Positions 48,249 to 62,530 of a DNA stretch of 64,000 nt are shown here, in pieces. A program made the translations under genes and the position numbers. The notes under the pieces are model-generated. The model saw only the letters and a program-made list of their open reading frames with translations, did not search any database and was not told the origin of the DNA. Each line of letters begins with the position of its first letter. Position 1 is the first letter of the stretch. The stretch spans positions 838,736,001 through 838,800,000 of the forward strand of contig NC_091284.1 in assembly GCF_032444005.1 (NCBI RefSeq), in the 5' to 3' direction. The DNA is from Ranitomeya imitator (taxonomy: Eukaryota).

Positions 48249-51200
48249 ACTCCCCCTTTTGGACTGCACTACGGAGGCAGAACCTCTCAGTACTCCTCCA
48301 AGCGCACCTCAGTAGGTTCACCCTGGTGGGACAACCCATCTGCATTGCCATGCTCCCTGTCCATTTTTTGTTCGATGGTAAAGTCATAGTGCTGGAGGGA
48401 AAGGCTCCAGCTTAGCAACCTTCCGTTGGTTCCACACATGACTTTTAGCCAGTGCAGAGGGTTGTGGTCCATCACCACAGTGAAGGGGCAACCATATCAG
48501 CAGGGCTGCAAGTGTTGCGGGGCCCAGACTATGGCCAGGCACTACTTCTCGATGGTGTAGTAGGCCACTTCCCTTGGCAGAAGCTTCCGGCTCAGGTACA
48601 ACACGGGGTGCTCGTGGTTCCCCGAGTCAACCTGGCTGAGCACAGCACTGAGGCCAAACTTGCTGGTGTCTGACTGCCCCAAAAACGGTTGACTGCTGTC
48701 AACTGCTTTCAACACAGGGGCTTTGGACAGTGCTGTTTCAACGCCTGGAAGGCCCCCTCACAGCCATCAGTCCAGTTGACTATGTGGGGTAGCTTCTTCC
48801 TGGTGAACTCTGTCAAGGGTTTTGCCAGGCTTCTATAGTTCTGTACAAAGTGCCTATAGTACCCTGCAGTGTCCAGGAAGGACATCACCTATTTATTGGT
48901 CCTGGGAGTGGGCCACTTTCCCAGGCTCTGGCTTTATGGAGCCCCCGCCTACCCAGTGCCCCAGGTAGAGGACCTCACTCATGCCCATCTGGCACTTTCC
49001 CAGCTTGATGATCAGACCGGCTCGGTGAATTCGCCTGAGCACCTCCTCAAGATGCTGCAGGTGTTCACCCCAGGAGGAACTGAAGATGGCAATGTCATCC
49101 CAGTCCCTGAAGCAGGTGGTTGACCATCCGCTGGAAAGTGGCAGGGGCATTCTTCATGCCGAAGGTCATGACCATGGTCATACAGTCCAAAGGGTGTGAT
49201 AAAGGTGGACTTCTACGCCTCGGGGCTCAGGGGAATCTGCCAGTATCCCCGTCTCAGATCCATTATGATGAGATATGTTGCGCCAGCTAACAGCTCCAGC
49301 AGCTCCTTGATGCGTGGCATTGGGTGTGCATCAAAGCCCCCTGTAGTCCACGCAGAACTGGATGGTCCGATCCTTCTTTGGCACGAGAATTAAAGATGAG
49401 GCCCACGTGCTCTTTGACTGCTGAATCACCCCCAGCTGTAACATCTCATTGATCTCCTATAGCATAACCTGCTGCACCTTGTCGGAGATCCGATAGGGTG
49501 TTCGCCGTAGTGGGGCATAATTTCTGGTGTCCATCTTCTGGACCGCTAACTCTGTCCTTCCAGGTCAGTTGGAGAACACGGCCCGGAAGGGTCCCAGCGT
49601 GGTCCGCAACTGCGAAAGCTGGGGTTCGGTTACCAAGGTGCTTACCTCCACATCCTCGATGGACCCACCGGTCTTGGCTTGGACCAGCATGTCCAGGAGG
49701 GTGACTTCCTTCCTGTTTTCGAGCAGGCTGCAGACTGGTAGGGCGTAGGCTTCACATTCGTGATGAACCTTTATCATAGTGACATGAAAGGCCTTTCGCC
49801 TACCCCACGTAGGTGACCGGCTTGAGCTGTTGGTGGATGACGTATGGGCCCTCCCAGGCTGCCTGAAGCTTATCCTTTGGTACGGGGATCAGCACCCACA
49901 CCTTTTAACCCACCTGGTAGGCTCGCTCCCAGGCGTTCTGGTCGTACCAGTGCTTCTGATCGGCCTGAGCCTTCGTCATGTTGTCATGCACCAACTGTGT
50001 CAAGGTCTGCATTTTGTCGCGGAAGTGCATGACATACTCCACTATGGACACTTCAGAAGGGTTCAGCTCGCCTACAGTACAGGAGCTTGAAGGGGGAGAA
50101 CCCCCTCAAGGCCTGCGGAACCTCTTGGTAAGCGAATATCAAGTGTGGGAGGTACCGCTCCCAGTCGCGTCCTTGGGTCTCAACCAGCATGAGTAGCATC
50201 TGTTTGAGGGTACCATTGAAGTGCTCATACAAGCCATTGGTCTGTGGGTGATACGCCCTCGATACCAGACGCTTCACCTGCATTGTCTTACAGAGAGCCT
50301 CCATTATGCGAGACATGAATTGGGTCCCTTGATCAGTAAGCTGGGAAATCCTACCAGATCGCCAACAGTGCATTCGCAACCTTATCTGCCCTGGTTGACG
50401 ACAGAGCCACTGCCTCTGGGTATCGGGTAGCGTAGTCTAAGACAGTGAGGACGTATTGCTGTCCAGAGCTGCTGGGAAAGGCCAGTGGGCCCACAATATC
50501 CACCGTGATCTTCTGGAAAGGCTCCTCTATAACTGGCAAAGGGATCAGGGAAGCCTTAAGAGCAGACCTCACCTTTTCTACTCTTTGACAGGTGATACAG
50601 GTGCAGCAGTAGTTTGTCACATCTGTCCCCATCTTGGGCCAATAGAAGTGTTGAGACAGCCGGGCCTTAGTTTTGCTGATCCCCAAGTGTCCAGCAAGTG
50701 GGATCTCATGGGTAATCTGCAACAACTCACCCCTGAATTGGTACGGGACAACCAGCTGTCTTTCCCTCAACCACTCCTTTTGGGATTTTCTAGGTACTGT
50801 CTCCTGGTACAACCTCCCTCGTACCCAGAACACCCTCTCCTTATCAGTCACGGAGGTGGGCGTCTCGGTGAGGTGTCTCAAATTCTCCAGGCTCGCATCT
50901 GCGTGCAGAGCAGCCTGGAACTCCTGGCTATGGGCAGCCGGAGGCGACATCAGGGTCCCTTCCCCATGGGAACCCTCTGGGACCTGCTCTGGGTCCATCT
51001 CTGGTTCAGTCACGCCTGAGACTGAGGAGGGTCCAGAAGGCAGAACGTTATTTGTGCTCCGGGCACTCTGACTGCGGGTGACAGCAGCTACGTAGGCTGT
51101 CCACAGACCCATCACCTGGCGCTGCTATGGGTACTACTTCCCCATCCACCCCCAACATCCCAGGAGCAGTGCTACTTATGGGCCAGTTACCTTCTTCTGT

Positions 51201-51290
51201 GGCACTGGTTCATTGCACGACATCACCTTCCTCACGGTTCCCATGCATCTCCCCATTTCCCATAGCACAAGGGCAAAAAGGTATTACAAA
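48249..51290 (-). mobile_element. Decayed Gmr1-type Gypsy internal region (integrase upstream of RT-RNase H)
   Basis: Minus strand order: HEIPLAGH..CCTCITC, VDIVGP, TDQG, NGLYEHFN (IN, 51115-50053), then FCVDY, FGMKNAPATFQ, WDDIAIFS (RT), then RNase H ..DHNPLHWL. Confidence 0.85.
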
Positions 51291-52099
51291 AGAAGACAAA
51301 TATCGCACATACAGACAATTACAAATAAAACAGGGATTAGCAGAAGAAAAAAAAACACTTACAGTTCCTTATATCATTTCAGCTCCTGGCAGACCATGTG
51401 GCTCGGGGGAGGGGCGACACATCAAGAGGCATTACAGAGTGTCTCTCAGCTAGCTTCCTGGTCAAAGGCTAGCGAAAACTGACGTCTCAGGGTCTTATAC
51501 CCCTTGGTCGTGACATCACTGAGTGGTCGGAGCTATGGAATGCACTCCTACTTTCTCAGAGGGACTCAGAGTTATGGAACATTCATATCCACCGTAGTTC
51601 CAGGATGCAACCTCGTATAGTAATCATGGAACTACCCTTCCTCCGGACATGAGCTGTGCATTAATTTGAGCTCAAACATGACGTGGTTATGAGCCCATGT
51701 TTCTCCGTATCCGCTAGGCGCTGTGCCTAGAAAATGCAGTGTGGGATGGCCCGGCCGATGCACATACCAATATATAACTTCCATATCTCTGTCACTGAGT
51801 GGGGTCAAGCTGAGCCATCTCTGTGATCAGTGTAGTAAATTTCTTTTTTTTATCTTTATTTTATGTAACTGTATATGCTGTATTGTTTTGTACCCCTTGT
51901 AAATCTTTTGTATATTTTTATAAACACTGCCTATTGTTTTGGATTAAATATAAAATTTAATAGTTCTGTTCCTTTTGTTCTGTAAATCGCACCCCGAAGC
52001 CATACACTAACAGAAATCAGGTGTCCAGTCAGCCTGATGGTGTCAGCAAGTAATCCTTGGGTTATTGTGGAGTTAGCAGTGACAGTACCGGGTTATATA

Positions 52100-52445
52100 C
52101 AATTGTGATCAAAAGTTTACACACCCCAACATAATTTTTGCTTTCTTGGCATGTTTACAGAGAATATGAATGATAACACCAAAACTTTTTCTCCACTCAT
52201 GGTTAGTGGTTGGGTGAAGCCATTTATTGTCAAACTACTGTTTTTTCTCTTTATAAATCATAATGACAACCCAAAACATCAAAATGACCCTGATCAAAAG
52301 TTCACATCCCCTGGTGATTTTGGCCTGATAACATGCACAGAAGTTGACACAAATGGGTGTGAATGGCTACTAAAGGTAACATCCTCACCTGTGACTTGTT
52401 TCCTTGTAATCATTGTGTGCATAAAAGCTGAGTGAGTTTTTTGGA
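52100..52445 (+). mobile_element. Tc1-like left-end fragment
   Basis: TA|CAATTGTGATCAAAAGTTTACACACCC terminus and internal ATCAAAAGTTCACATCCC repeat; no transposase. Confidence 0.5.
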
Positions 52446-53984
52446 TACTTTTGTCCACTAATAAAAACTATCATTTTATCAATTTTACTAATATTTTTAA
52501 AAAAAAAAACTTCTAGCCAGGAGTTTCAGACCTATCTGGCGGGCGCTGAGTGACCCCATAGAGAAGCCCATCTCCGAATCATAGGAGAAGGTACTGTGGG
52601 ATCTAGGAAGGGTGGGCCGTAAGGTGGGCTTGTGGGGGGCGTGTAAATCAGCCCCCATGCCACCTCAAAAAGTGGGCGGTGTCATAGAAAACATTGAAAT
52701 CCATAAAGAAACTCCGGTGAGGGGGAATCCCTCTCTTCTCTATTACAGAATTTCCAGTAGGAAAAAGAGCTTACATTCTAAACATGATGTATAATTGCAC
52801 AATGGTCATAGGGAAATGGGGAACTTAAGTATAGCTAGGAGATGAGGAAACCAATTAAGATAGGAAAATGTAGCCATTCAAGTTCGCTTTGAAGCCAAGA
52901 CTCCCTTGTGTGAACAAACAATTAAGGCAGAATACCTTTTGTGAGATTAGGTATGAAGTCTGGCATTTGATTAGAGGAGGGACACATTAAGCTGCTATGA
53001 TTAAAGAACTTCCTCAGGCTTTGTGTCTCTGAAGGAAAGTTATGAATATTGGGGTTTGTAAAGATCCAATATCGATGGGACATACATTTTCAACTTTAGA
53101 TCAATAGGGGAAGAATATGGATATTTTTTCATAACTGTGACAAATGCCTATAATCCCCAAACAATAGTGGTCAGTTAGCTGACAATAGCCATCCCATGTT
53201 TGCTATCTATTTAAAGGTAAAACCCTGAAAAAAAATATGGCGGCGCTCTCGACCGACTAACTCAGGTGCTGATAAAAGGACAAGGTGAATTACGATCTTT
53301 GATCAATGCTAAGGAAGATACATATCAGTGTAGACTTGACCCACGTTAACCAGACATTCCTATAAGGAGTTAGGCATACAGGGGTGCAGCATAGACCCCC
53401 AATGAAGATAAATAGGCGCCTTATAGCAGTGTAGAAAATGTAACACACCAATGTGCTTAAAACCTATTTTGTTTTGGATCATGTTGATTGGGGAGAAATC
53501 TACTATAAGGAAAGCAGTGCAGAACCTACGTGGAAATGGTGCCTGCTGAAGCCAAGTCCATAGGTTGTGGAATTGATGATTATTGAGGTTGTGACTGTAT
53601 TACAATATAATTAGGTAACTGAGGGACAACTTATCTGGCAGGTAGAATGGTGGCCATGTTGGTATGTTGGTTGTCACTTAGCGGGGCACAAGATGACAAC
53701 TCCAGAACTCTACTTCAGATTTCGTTCCGCGTAGAAAGTTCTGATTCAGAAACAAAATTAGTGTGCAAGCAACAAGAAAGGTTATAAGAGGGTCCTCGAA
53801 GTTGGGGGGACCATCCATGCAGCACAGAGGTTTGGAAAGTATATTGGTAATCTTTAAGGCATACTTGCCAGAAAATCTCCCAAAACTTCAGGAGGCTGCC
53901 AGAAAAGTGAAGACCTCTGGGACACATAAAACAGAAGGTAAGTCTCCTGAGCACTACTGAAGCCTGTGGGAAGCAGTGATTATA

Positions 53985-55621
<1,637 letters not shown>

Positions 55622-57267
55622 TAGAAGGTTTCTTCTGAGTAATGTCGGATGCTGCACCTTCAGATGAAACAATGAATTTAGGGACATGGAGAGTATGTGA
55701 TATGAACATCGTGTGGCTCTTCTACTGAGTGACTAAGAACAGTTGCCAGATACGAGCTGATCATAAACCAATCATACGTGGAGACACAACATGCTCCTGA
55801 AGCGCCGCTGGACAATGCCTGTCATTGTTGGCGATCTTCTGCTGACAATACTTGCTTGGAGTAGTGGTTGTGCAGAGGCCGGAGATGCAGCCTGGCAGTA
55901 AATGCATTTCAGCTCTAGTAAATGTCTCTTGTCCATTCCTCACATTATTTCAGACCCTTTCCTGTCATGATGGAAATCCATGTCTTTAATTATTTACCTC
56001 TTGTCACCTTCAGTGTCCACGTGACGCACAGCTGCTTTCATGAAATATAGATGGACATCCACTTAGATGAGTCAGGGGCAGCGCGTGGTACAACAAGTCC
56101 ATGTGCTCGGCCTGGGTGACACAAACACCAGAGCTATGGATGGATGCCCATCTACTGTGGTAGTATAAATGGTCCATAGAAGATGGGGGTCAATGATACT
56201 GTATGCTTCTAATGGCCATCCATATGTGTGCCCCCCATCTATACCCTCTGGATTGTCCGCAGCCATGCTACAGCTTCTTCAGGGCGTGGACAACAGCAGC
56301 CGTAAACTATCCATGTCCTTATACTAAGGCTTTGGACCTAGCTGCTGGATCTGTGGGGATTACATGGAAGCAGAGAGTAGTGGTAAGTGGTGTAGCAGGA
56401 TGGTTGACTCAGGGCTTCAATTTCAATGGGGGTGAAAAATTTTGCTCGTACCCCAATTCTTCTTCTTCTTCTTGGAGTGACACATGGGTGGTACAGACAG
56501 GGCCTGGAAGGGGCTGCAGGAGTCAACATGGGTTTGTAATCATCTGCTGCGCTCTGCGTATGCAAAGAAGAAAGCTGTAGTGTAGACGGTTAGGGTTAGT
56601 GATAGTGTTAGGGCTAGAACAAGGTTTAGAGAAGGGTTAAGGATAATGGGCTAGGGCTGCGGTAGAGCTAGGACAAAGTTTAGAGTTATGATTAGGGTTA
56701 AAGATAGTGATAGGGTTTGGACTAGGTTAAAGGATATTAATAGGGTTGGGGCTAGGGTTGAGGATAGAGATAGGGTTAGGGCTAGGACAAGGTTTAGAGT
56801 TAGGATTAGGGGTAAAGATAGTGATAGGGATAGGACAAGGTTTAGAGTTAGGATTAGGGGTAAAGATAGTGATAGTGATAGGGTTAGGACTAAAACAAGG
56901 TGTAGAGTTAGGATTAGGGTTAAAGATAGTGATAGGGTTTGGACTAGGGTAAAGGATAGTGATAGGGTTAGGGCTAGGACAAGGTTTAGAGTTAGGATTA
57001 GGGGTAAAGATAGTGATAGGACAAGGTTTAGAATTAGGACTAGGATTAAAGATAGTGATAGTGTTAGGGCTAGGGTTAAGGATAGTGATAGGGTTAGGAC
57101 TAAAACAAGGTGTAGAGTTTGGACTAGAGTTAAGGATAGTGATAGGGTTAGGTCAAGGTTTAGAGTTAGGATTAGGGGTAAAGATAGTGATCTGGTTAGG
57201 GATAGGACAAGGTTTAGAATTAAGCACTCAACTTAAGTATATTTTGCAGCAAGGTTTATTGTAGCAT

Positions 57268-57320
57268 GGACAATAAGACGTTTCAGTCTGTGGTGACCTT
57301 CATCAGTTACATAATGTTCA
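57268..57320 (-). ncRNA. Second hammerhead copy (stem II GACC>GACT)
   Basis: Reverse complement of the 57481 motif with one C>T at a CpG (57285). Confidence 0.6.
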
Positions 57321-57480
57321 ATAGCAGACGTTGACCGAAGATAAGACGCGGAGTCCACCGCTCGTCCACTGCTCCAGGTACTACCATCATTCACTCTCCT
57401 ATAGCGCTCTGCATTGCGCTAGAAGTCTTTCACTTGCCTCATATATACGGCACCACTTATCTTCGGTCAACGTTTGCTAT

Positions 57481-57534
57481 TGAACATTATGTAACTGATG
57501 AAGGTCACCACAGACCGAAACGTCTTATTGTCCA
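57481..57534 (+). ncRNA. Canonical minimal hammerhead ribozyme motif
   Basis: TAA-CTGATGA-A-GGTC-accaca-GACC-GAAAC-GTC-TTA; predicted cleavage after 57524. Confidence 0.75.
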
Positions 57535-58325
57535 TACTACAATAAACCTTGCTGCAAAATATACTTAAGTTGAGTGCTGGGTTTACTATCTTGCATCTAT
57601 ATGGTTTGGGAACCTAACCCTAGCACCTCCCTTTATTTCGTAGTTGGGCTCACGCTGTCTTTTCTATAAGGTTTAGAGTTAGGACTAGGGTTAAAGATAG
57701 TGATAGTGTTAGGGCTAAAACAAGGTGTAGACTTAGGACTAGGGTTAAAGATAGTGATAGGGTTAGGACTAGGGTTAAAGATAGTGATAGTGTTAGGACT
57801 AAAACATGGTGTAGAGTTAGGACTAGGGTTAAGGATAGCAATAGGGTTAGGGCTAGGACAAAATTTAGCCCTAGGGTTAAAGGTAGGTTTAGGGTTAGTT
57901 TTACATATAGCATAATAAAATATTAACATAAAAAGTAATAATAAATAAAGTCTAAAAATGTATTACAATGTACTGTATAACTTTATTTTTATTTTTTTTT
58001 AATTGTATGTCAGATTTCAGCAAAAATCAGAAAATAACTGTATGATCAATGGGAAAACTTTAATTACATCAGTATTTTCTTAAAATACATGATCTTGGCG
58101 GATACAAAGTTTAATACTGGACTGGTGGAAGGGACTCAGGTACTGTAGTGCTGACAGTCCATGGATTTGGGGCGTAAAATGCTGATCTTGCCCCAGCGCT
58201 GACAACGCGTGCTACGCCACCGGCGGTGGTCATGCTTTATTGAGCAGAAAGACAAGACAGCACACAGGAGAAAGGCAGGCATTATTGGTTGTTGGCATTC
58301 CATGGCGGGTAGAAGGCAGGAAATA

Positions 58326-61173
58326 CAGTGGCAGGGAAAAGTCTGTGCACCCCTGGCCAAAATTACTGTGCTGTGAACAGTTAAGCAAGTTGAAGATGAA
58401 ATTATCTAAAAGGCCTAAAGTTACAGATGACACACTTCCTTTGTATTTTAGGAGTTTCTGTAAGAGGCCTCCTATTCTGCACTCATTACCTGTATTAATT
58501 GCACCTGTTTGACCTCGTTACCTGTATATAAGACACCTGTCCACACCCTCAATCACACTCTAACCTCTCCACCATGGCCAAGGCCAAAGAGCTGCCTAAT
58601 GACACCGGGGACATAATTATAGACCTGCACAAGGCTGGGATGGGCTACAGGACAATAGGCAAGCAGTTTAGGCAGAAGGCAACAACTGTTGGCACAATTA
58701 TTAGAAAATGGAAGCAACACACGATGAGGGTCAATCTTCCTTGGTCTGGGGCTCCATGCAAGATCTCCCCTCGTGGGGTAAGGATGATTCTGAGAAAGGT
58801 GAGAAATCAGGCCTGGGCTTCAGGAGGACCTGATCAATGACCTGAAGAGAGCTGGGACCACAGTCTCATACCTGACCTTTGGTGACACACTACGCCGTCA
58901 TGGATAAAAATCCTGCAAGGCACGGAAGGTCCCACTGCTCACCCCAGCACATGTCCAGGCCAGTTTGAAGTTCACCAGTGACCATCTGGATGATGTGAGG
59001 AGGCATGGGAGAAGGTGATGTGGTCAAATGAGACCAAAATAGAACTTTTTGGTATGAACTCCACTCGCTGTGTTTGGAGGAAGAAGGATAAGTACAACCC
59101 CAAGAACACTGTCCCCACCGTGAAGAATGGTGGGGGAAAACTTCATACTTTGGGGTGACTGCACCATATTGAAGGGAGGATGGATGGGGTCATGTATCGC
59201 GGGATTTTGGCCAACAACCTCCTCCCCTCAGTAAAAGCATTGAAGATTGGTTGCGGCTGGGTCTTCCAGCATGACAATGACCCAAAACACACAGCCAAGG
59301 CAACTAAGGAGCAGCTCCACAAGAAGCATTTCCAGGGACTGGAGTGGCCTAGTCAGTCTCCAGACCTGAACCCAATAGAAAATTTTTGGAGGAGCTGAAA
59401 CTCAATATTGCCCAGCGACAGCCCCAAAACCTGAAAGATCTGAAGATCTGTATGGAGGAGGGGGCCAAAATCCCTGCTGCAGTGTGCGCAAACCTGGTGA
59501 AGAACTACAGGAAACGTCTGACCTCTGTAATCGCAAAGAAAGGTTTTTGTACCAAATATTAAGTTCTAGTTTTCTATTATATGAAAAACTTATTTCAAGC
59601 AATAAAATGCAATTTAATTACGTAAAAATCCTACAATGTGATTTTTTTGTTATTTTTTTTTAGATTCTGACACTCACAGTTGGTGTACCTCCGGAAACAA
59701 ACGTTGCAAATCGGCAGTGTATCAAATATTTATTTTCCCCCACTATATATTTATTTTAAAAATTGCAAAAAAGGAAAATGGGTTGATGCAAAATTTTGGG
59801 CACCCTTGTAGATTTGTGTGCTCAGACTTTGACCTTAATTAGCCTGTTATTGTTATGGCTTGTTTACCATCATCATAGGAAAGGCCAGATGATGAAAATT
59901 TCCCAGCTTTATGAAAACCCGGCCTCCTCTAACCTTGTGCCAAAAAACAGCAGCCATGAGCTCTTCTAAGCAGCTGCCGAGCACTGTGACAATGAAAATA
60001 GTGGAGCTCACAAAGCAGGAGAAGGATATAGGATAGCAAAGTATTTACAAGTTGCCCTTTCCTTAGTTTGAAATGTAATTAAGAAATGGCAGTTATCAAG
60101 AACAGTGAAGGTCAAGATAAAGACTGGAAGACCAAGCAAAATCTCAGTGATCGCTGCTCCTAGGATTACTAGAGGCAAATCAGAACCCCCGCTTGACTGC
60201 AAAAGACCTCCAGAAAGATTTAGCAGACTCTGGAGTTGTGGTACATTGTTCTACTGTTCAGAGACACCTGCACAAATATGGCCTTCATGGAAGAGTCATC
60301 AGAAGAAAACCTCTCCTGCATCCTCACCATAGAATTCAGCATTAGAAGTCTGCAAAAGAACATCTAAACAAGCCTGATGCATTTTGGAAACAAGTCCTGT
60401 GGACTGATGAGGTTAAAATAGAACTATGGCCACAATGATCAAACTTGTGTGTGGAGAAAAAAAGGCACAGAATTTCAGGAAAAGAGCATCTTGCCAACCA
60501 TTAAGCATGGGGGCGGATCAATCATGCTCTGGGGTTGTATTGTCTTGCAGCCAATGGAACGGGGAACATTCCACGGGTAGAGGGAAGAATGGATTCAATG
60601 AAATGTCAACAAGTTCTTGATGCAAACACAAAACCATCTGTAAAAAAAGCTGAAGGTGAAAAGAGGAAGAGGATGGCTGCTACTAGTGGAGAATGGTCCT
60701 AAACACACGTCACAATCCACAATAGACGACCTGAAAAGGTGCAAGATGAAGGTTTTACAATGGCCCTCACAGTCCCCTGATCTCAGCATCATTGATGTGG
60801 CTAAATCTCAAAATAGCAGAGGATGGAAGATGCCCCACGAGTCTCACAGAACTGGAATAGATGAAAATCGCTCTAACAATAATTGAATCTTGTCTGGCTG
60901 CAAAAAAGCATTTACAAACTGTGATGCATGCAAAAGGGGGTGCTCTAGGTATTAACCAAGCAGGGTGCACAAACTTTTGCATCAGCACATTTTCCTTTTT
61001 TGTAATTTTTAAAATGTAAAACATGAAAATATAAGTTATATATGCTAAAATACAAAAGAAATGTGTCATCTGTAACTTTAGGCCTTTTAGAGATAATTTC
61101 ATCTTCATCTTGCTTAACTGTTGACAATAAGAGTAATTTTGACCAGGGGTGTACAGACTTTTACATGCCACTG
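58326..61173 (+). mobile_element. Decayed Tc1 (family A) containing a second Tc1
   Basis: TA|CAGTGGCA...TGCCACTG|TA with matching ~120-bp ends; degenerate transposase ~59957-60760. Confidence 0.8.
58450..59745 (+). mobile_element. Decayed Tc1 (family B, related to the 36808 element) lacking its left TIR
   Basis: MAKAKEL..., [16 protein letters not shown] in broken frames; right end TTTTCCCCCACTA|TA. Confidence 0.75.
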
Positions 61174-61974
61174 TACATAGACTATGCATCCGGTACAAAT
61201 GATCCAATGACAACGCAATAGTCAGACACAACCTGCTCATTCACCCACACATCTGACCGTCATGAACGATGGGCTTTTATTATTTCACATAAACCATGAA
61301 GATATCTCACTACATAATGGCTTCATAACATGCTTATATAAGTTCATCTAAACACAACAAGACCCAGAAAGACGCTATGGCCAGAGATGATCTGAAGCTT
61401 TCTGGACGTTTCCCAACAACCAAATCATGGATCGTAACGACAATGCAGAGACTGGGGAACGGAAAACCTTCACAATGCGCCATGCATCTCCGCTGGTAAT
61501 GAGTAATACTCATGACGATCCACGTCCTCCGGGAGGTTGAGGCCCCGGACAATGATCTAAGCCACACTGGAACAAATTGACAAGATGTCGGGGTGACCAT
61601 AGAGATTAGACCTGTTCACATGACATTATTGGCCTCCGAAGCCGCTGACATACCTCCGATGGACGCCATGAAGAGGGATCCATCATCCTTATGCACCAAT
61701 TGATTTTTTTTTATTGGAAACTAATATATGGAATATCATAGTCTGTTATTCTATAGCTTTTTTATTTTGTGATATAGAAAACAATCCCACTTTTTGCCTG
61801 GCATTGAGTGAATGGACTCAGATGGACACTCGGTTTGTCCATCGGAAGCTTCCTTTTTGGAAAATGCACTACCTTGATGTGAACAGAAGTTTCTGAAAGT
61901 CAACTGATTTCAAGATGCGTGATCCTTTGTATCCGAAGGGCATAACATGGTGGTCTGAGGGAGACAGCGGGGAC

Positions 61975-62530
61975 TGGAGGGAGGAGAAGGACAGAGGAGT
62001 CTAGAAGAAGAGAAGGACAGAGGAGTCTGGAGCAAAGAGAGAAGGACAGAGGAGTCTGAAGGAGGAGGACAGGAGTCTGGAGAAAGAGTTGAGAAGAGTC
62101 TGGAGGGAGGAGAAGGAGGTAGGAGGACAGAGGAGTCTGGAGGGAAGAGACAGACACAGGATGAGTCTGGAAGGAGGAGGACAGAGGAGTCTCAAGGGAT
62201 ACAGAGGAATCTGGAAGGAGGAGGACAGAGGAGTCTTGGGGGAGGACAGAGGAGTCTCAAGGGATACAGAGGAGTCTGGAAGGAGGAGGACAGAGGAGTC
62301 TGGAGGGAGGACAGAGGAGTCTAGAGTATGATGACAGAAGAGTCTAGCAGGAAGAGAAGGACACAGGAGGAGTCTGGAAGGAGGAGAAGGACAGAGGAGT
62401 CTGGAAGAAGATGATGAGAAAGGAGTCTTGAGGAAGGGGAGGACAGAGGAGTCTGAAGGAGGACAAAGGAATCTGAAGGAGGAGGAAGACAGCGGAGTCT
62501 GGAGAGGAACAGAAGATTCTGGAGGAGGCA
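61975..62530. repeat. Purine-rich minisatellite (GGAGGACAGAGGAGTCT core)
   Basis: Direct repeats with strong strand asymmetry. Confidence 0.9.

Larger units (their letters stand above)
57223..57665. mobile_element. Non-coding PLE-derived hairpin element with hammerhead motifs
   Basis: 123-bp inverted arms (57223-57345 / 57456-57578, 3 mismatches), 110-bp spacer, 3' extension on the plus arm; AATAAA and GAGTGC as in the large PLE. Confidence 0.75.
56589..57900 (+). repeat. Degenerate telomere-like hexamer minisatellite
   Basis: 6-bp periodic TTAGGG/CTAGGA/TTAGAG/GATAGT variants organised in longer higher-order blocks. Confidence 0.85.

Noticed and set aside
53330-53440. Possible decayed PLE RT motif on the minus strand (APLYA)
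   Set aside because: A single weak motif that I could not extend.
56338-56565. RRRRIGVRAKFFTPIEIEAL resembling a Harbinger Myb/SANT start
   Set aside because: Short resemblance only; no TIRs or transposase identified.
56688-57264. Arg/Asp/Val-rich and Leu/Gly-rich ORFs
   Set aside because: Translations of the hexamer array.
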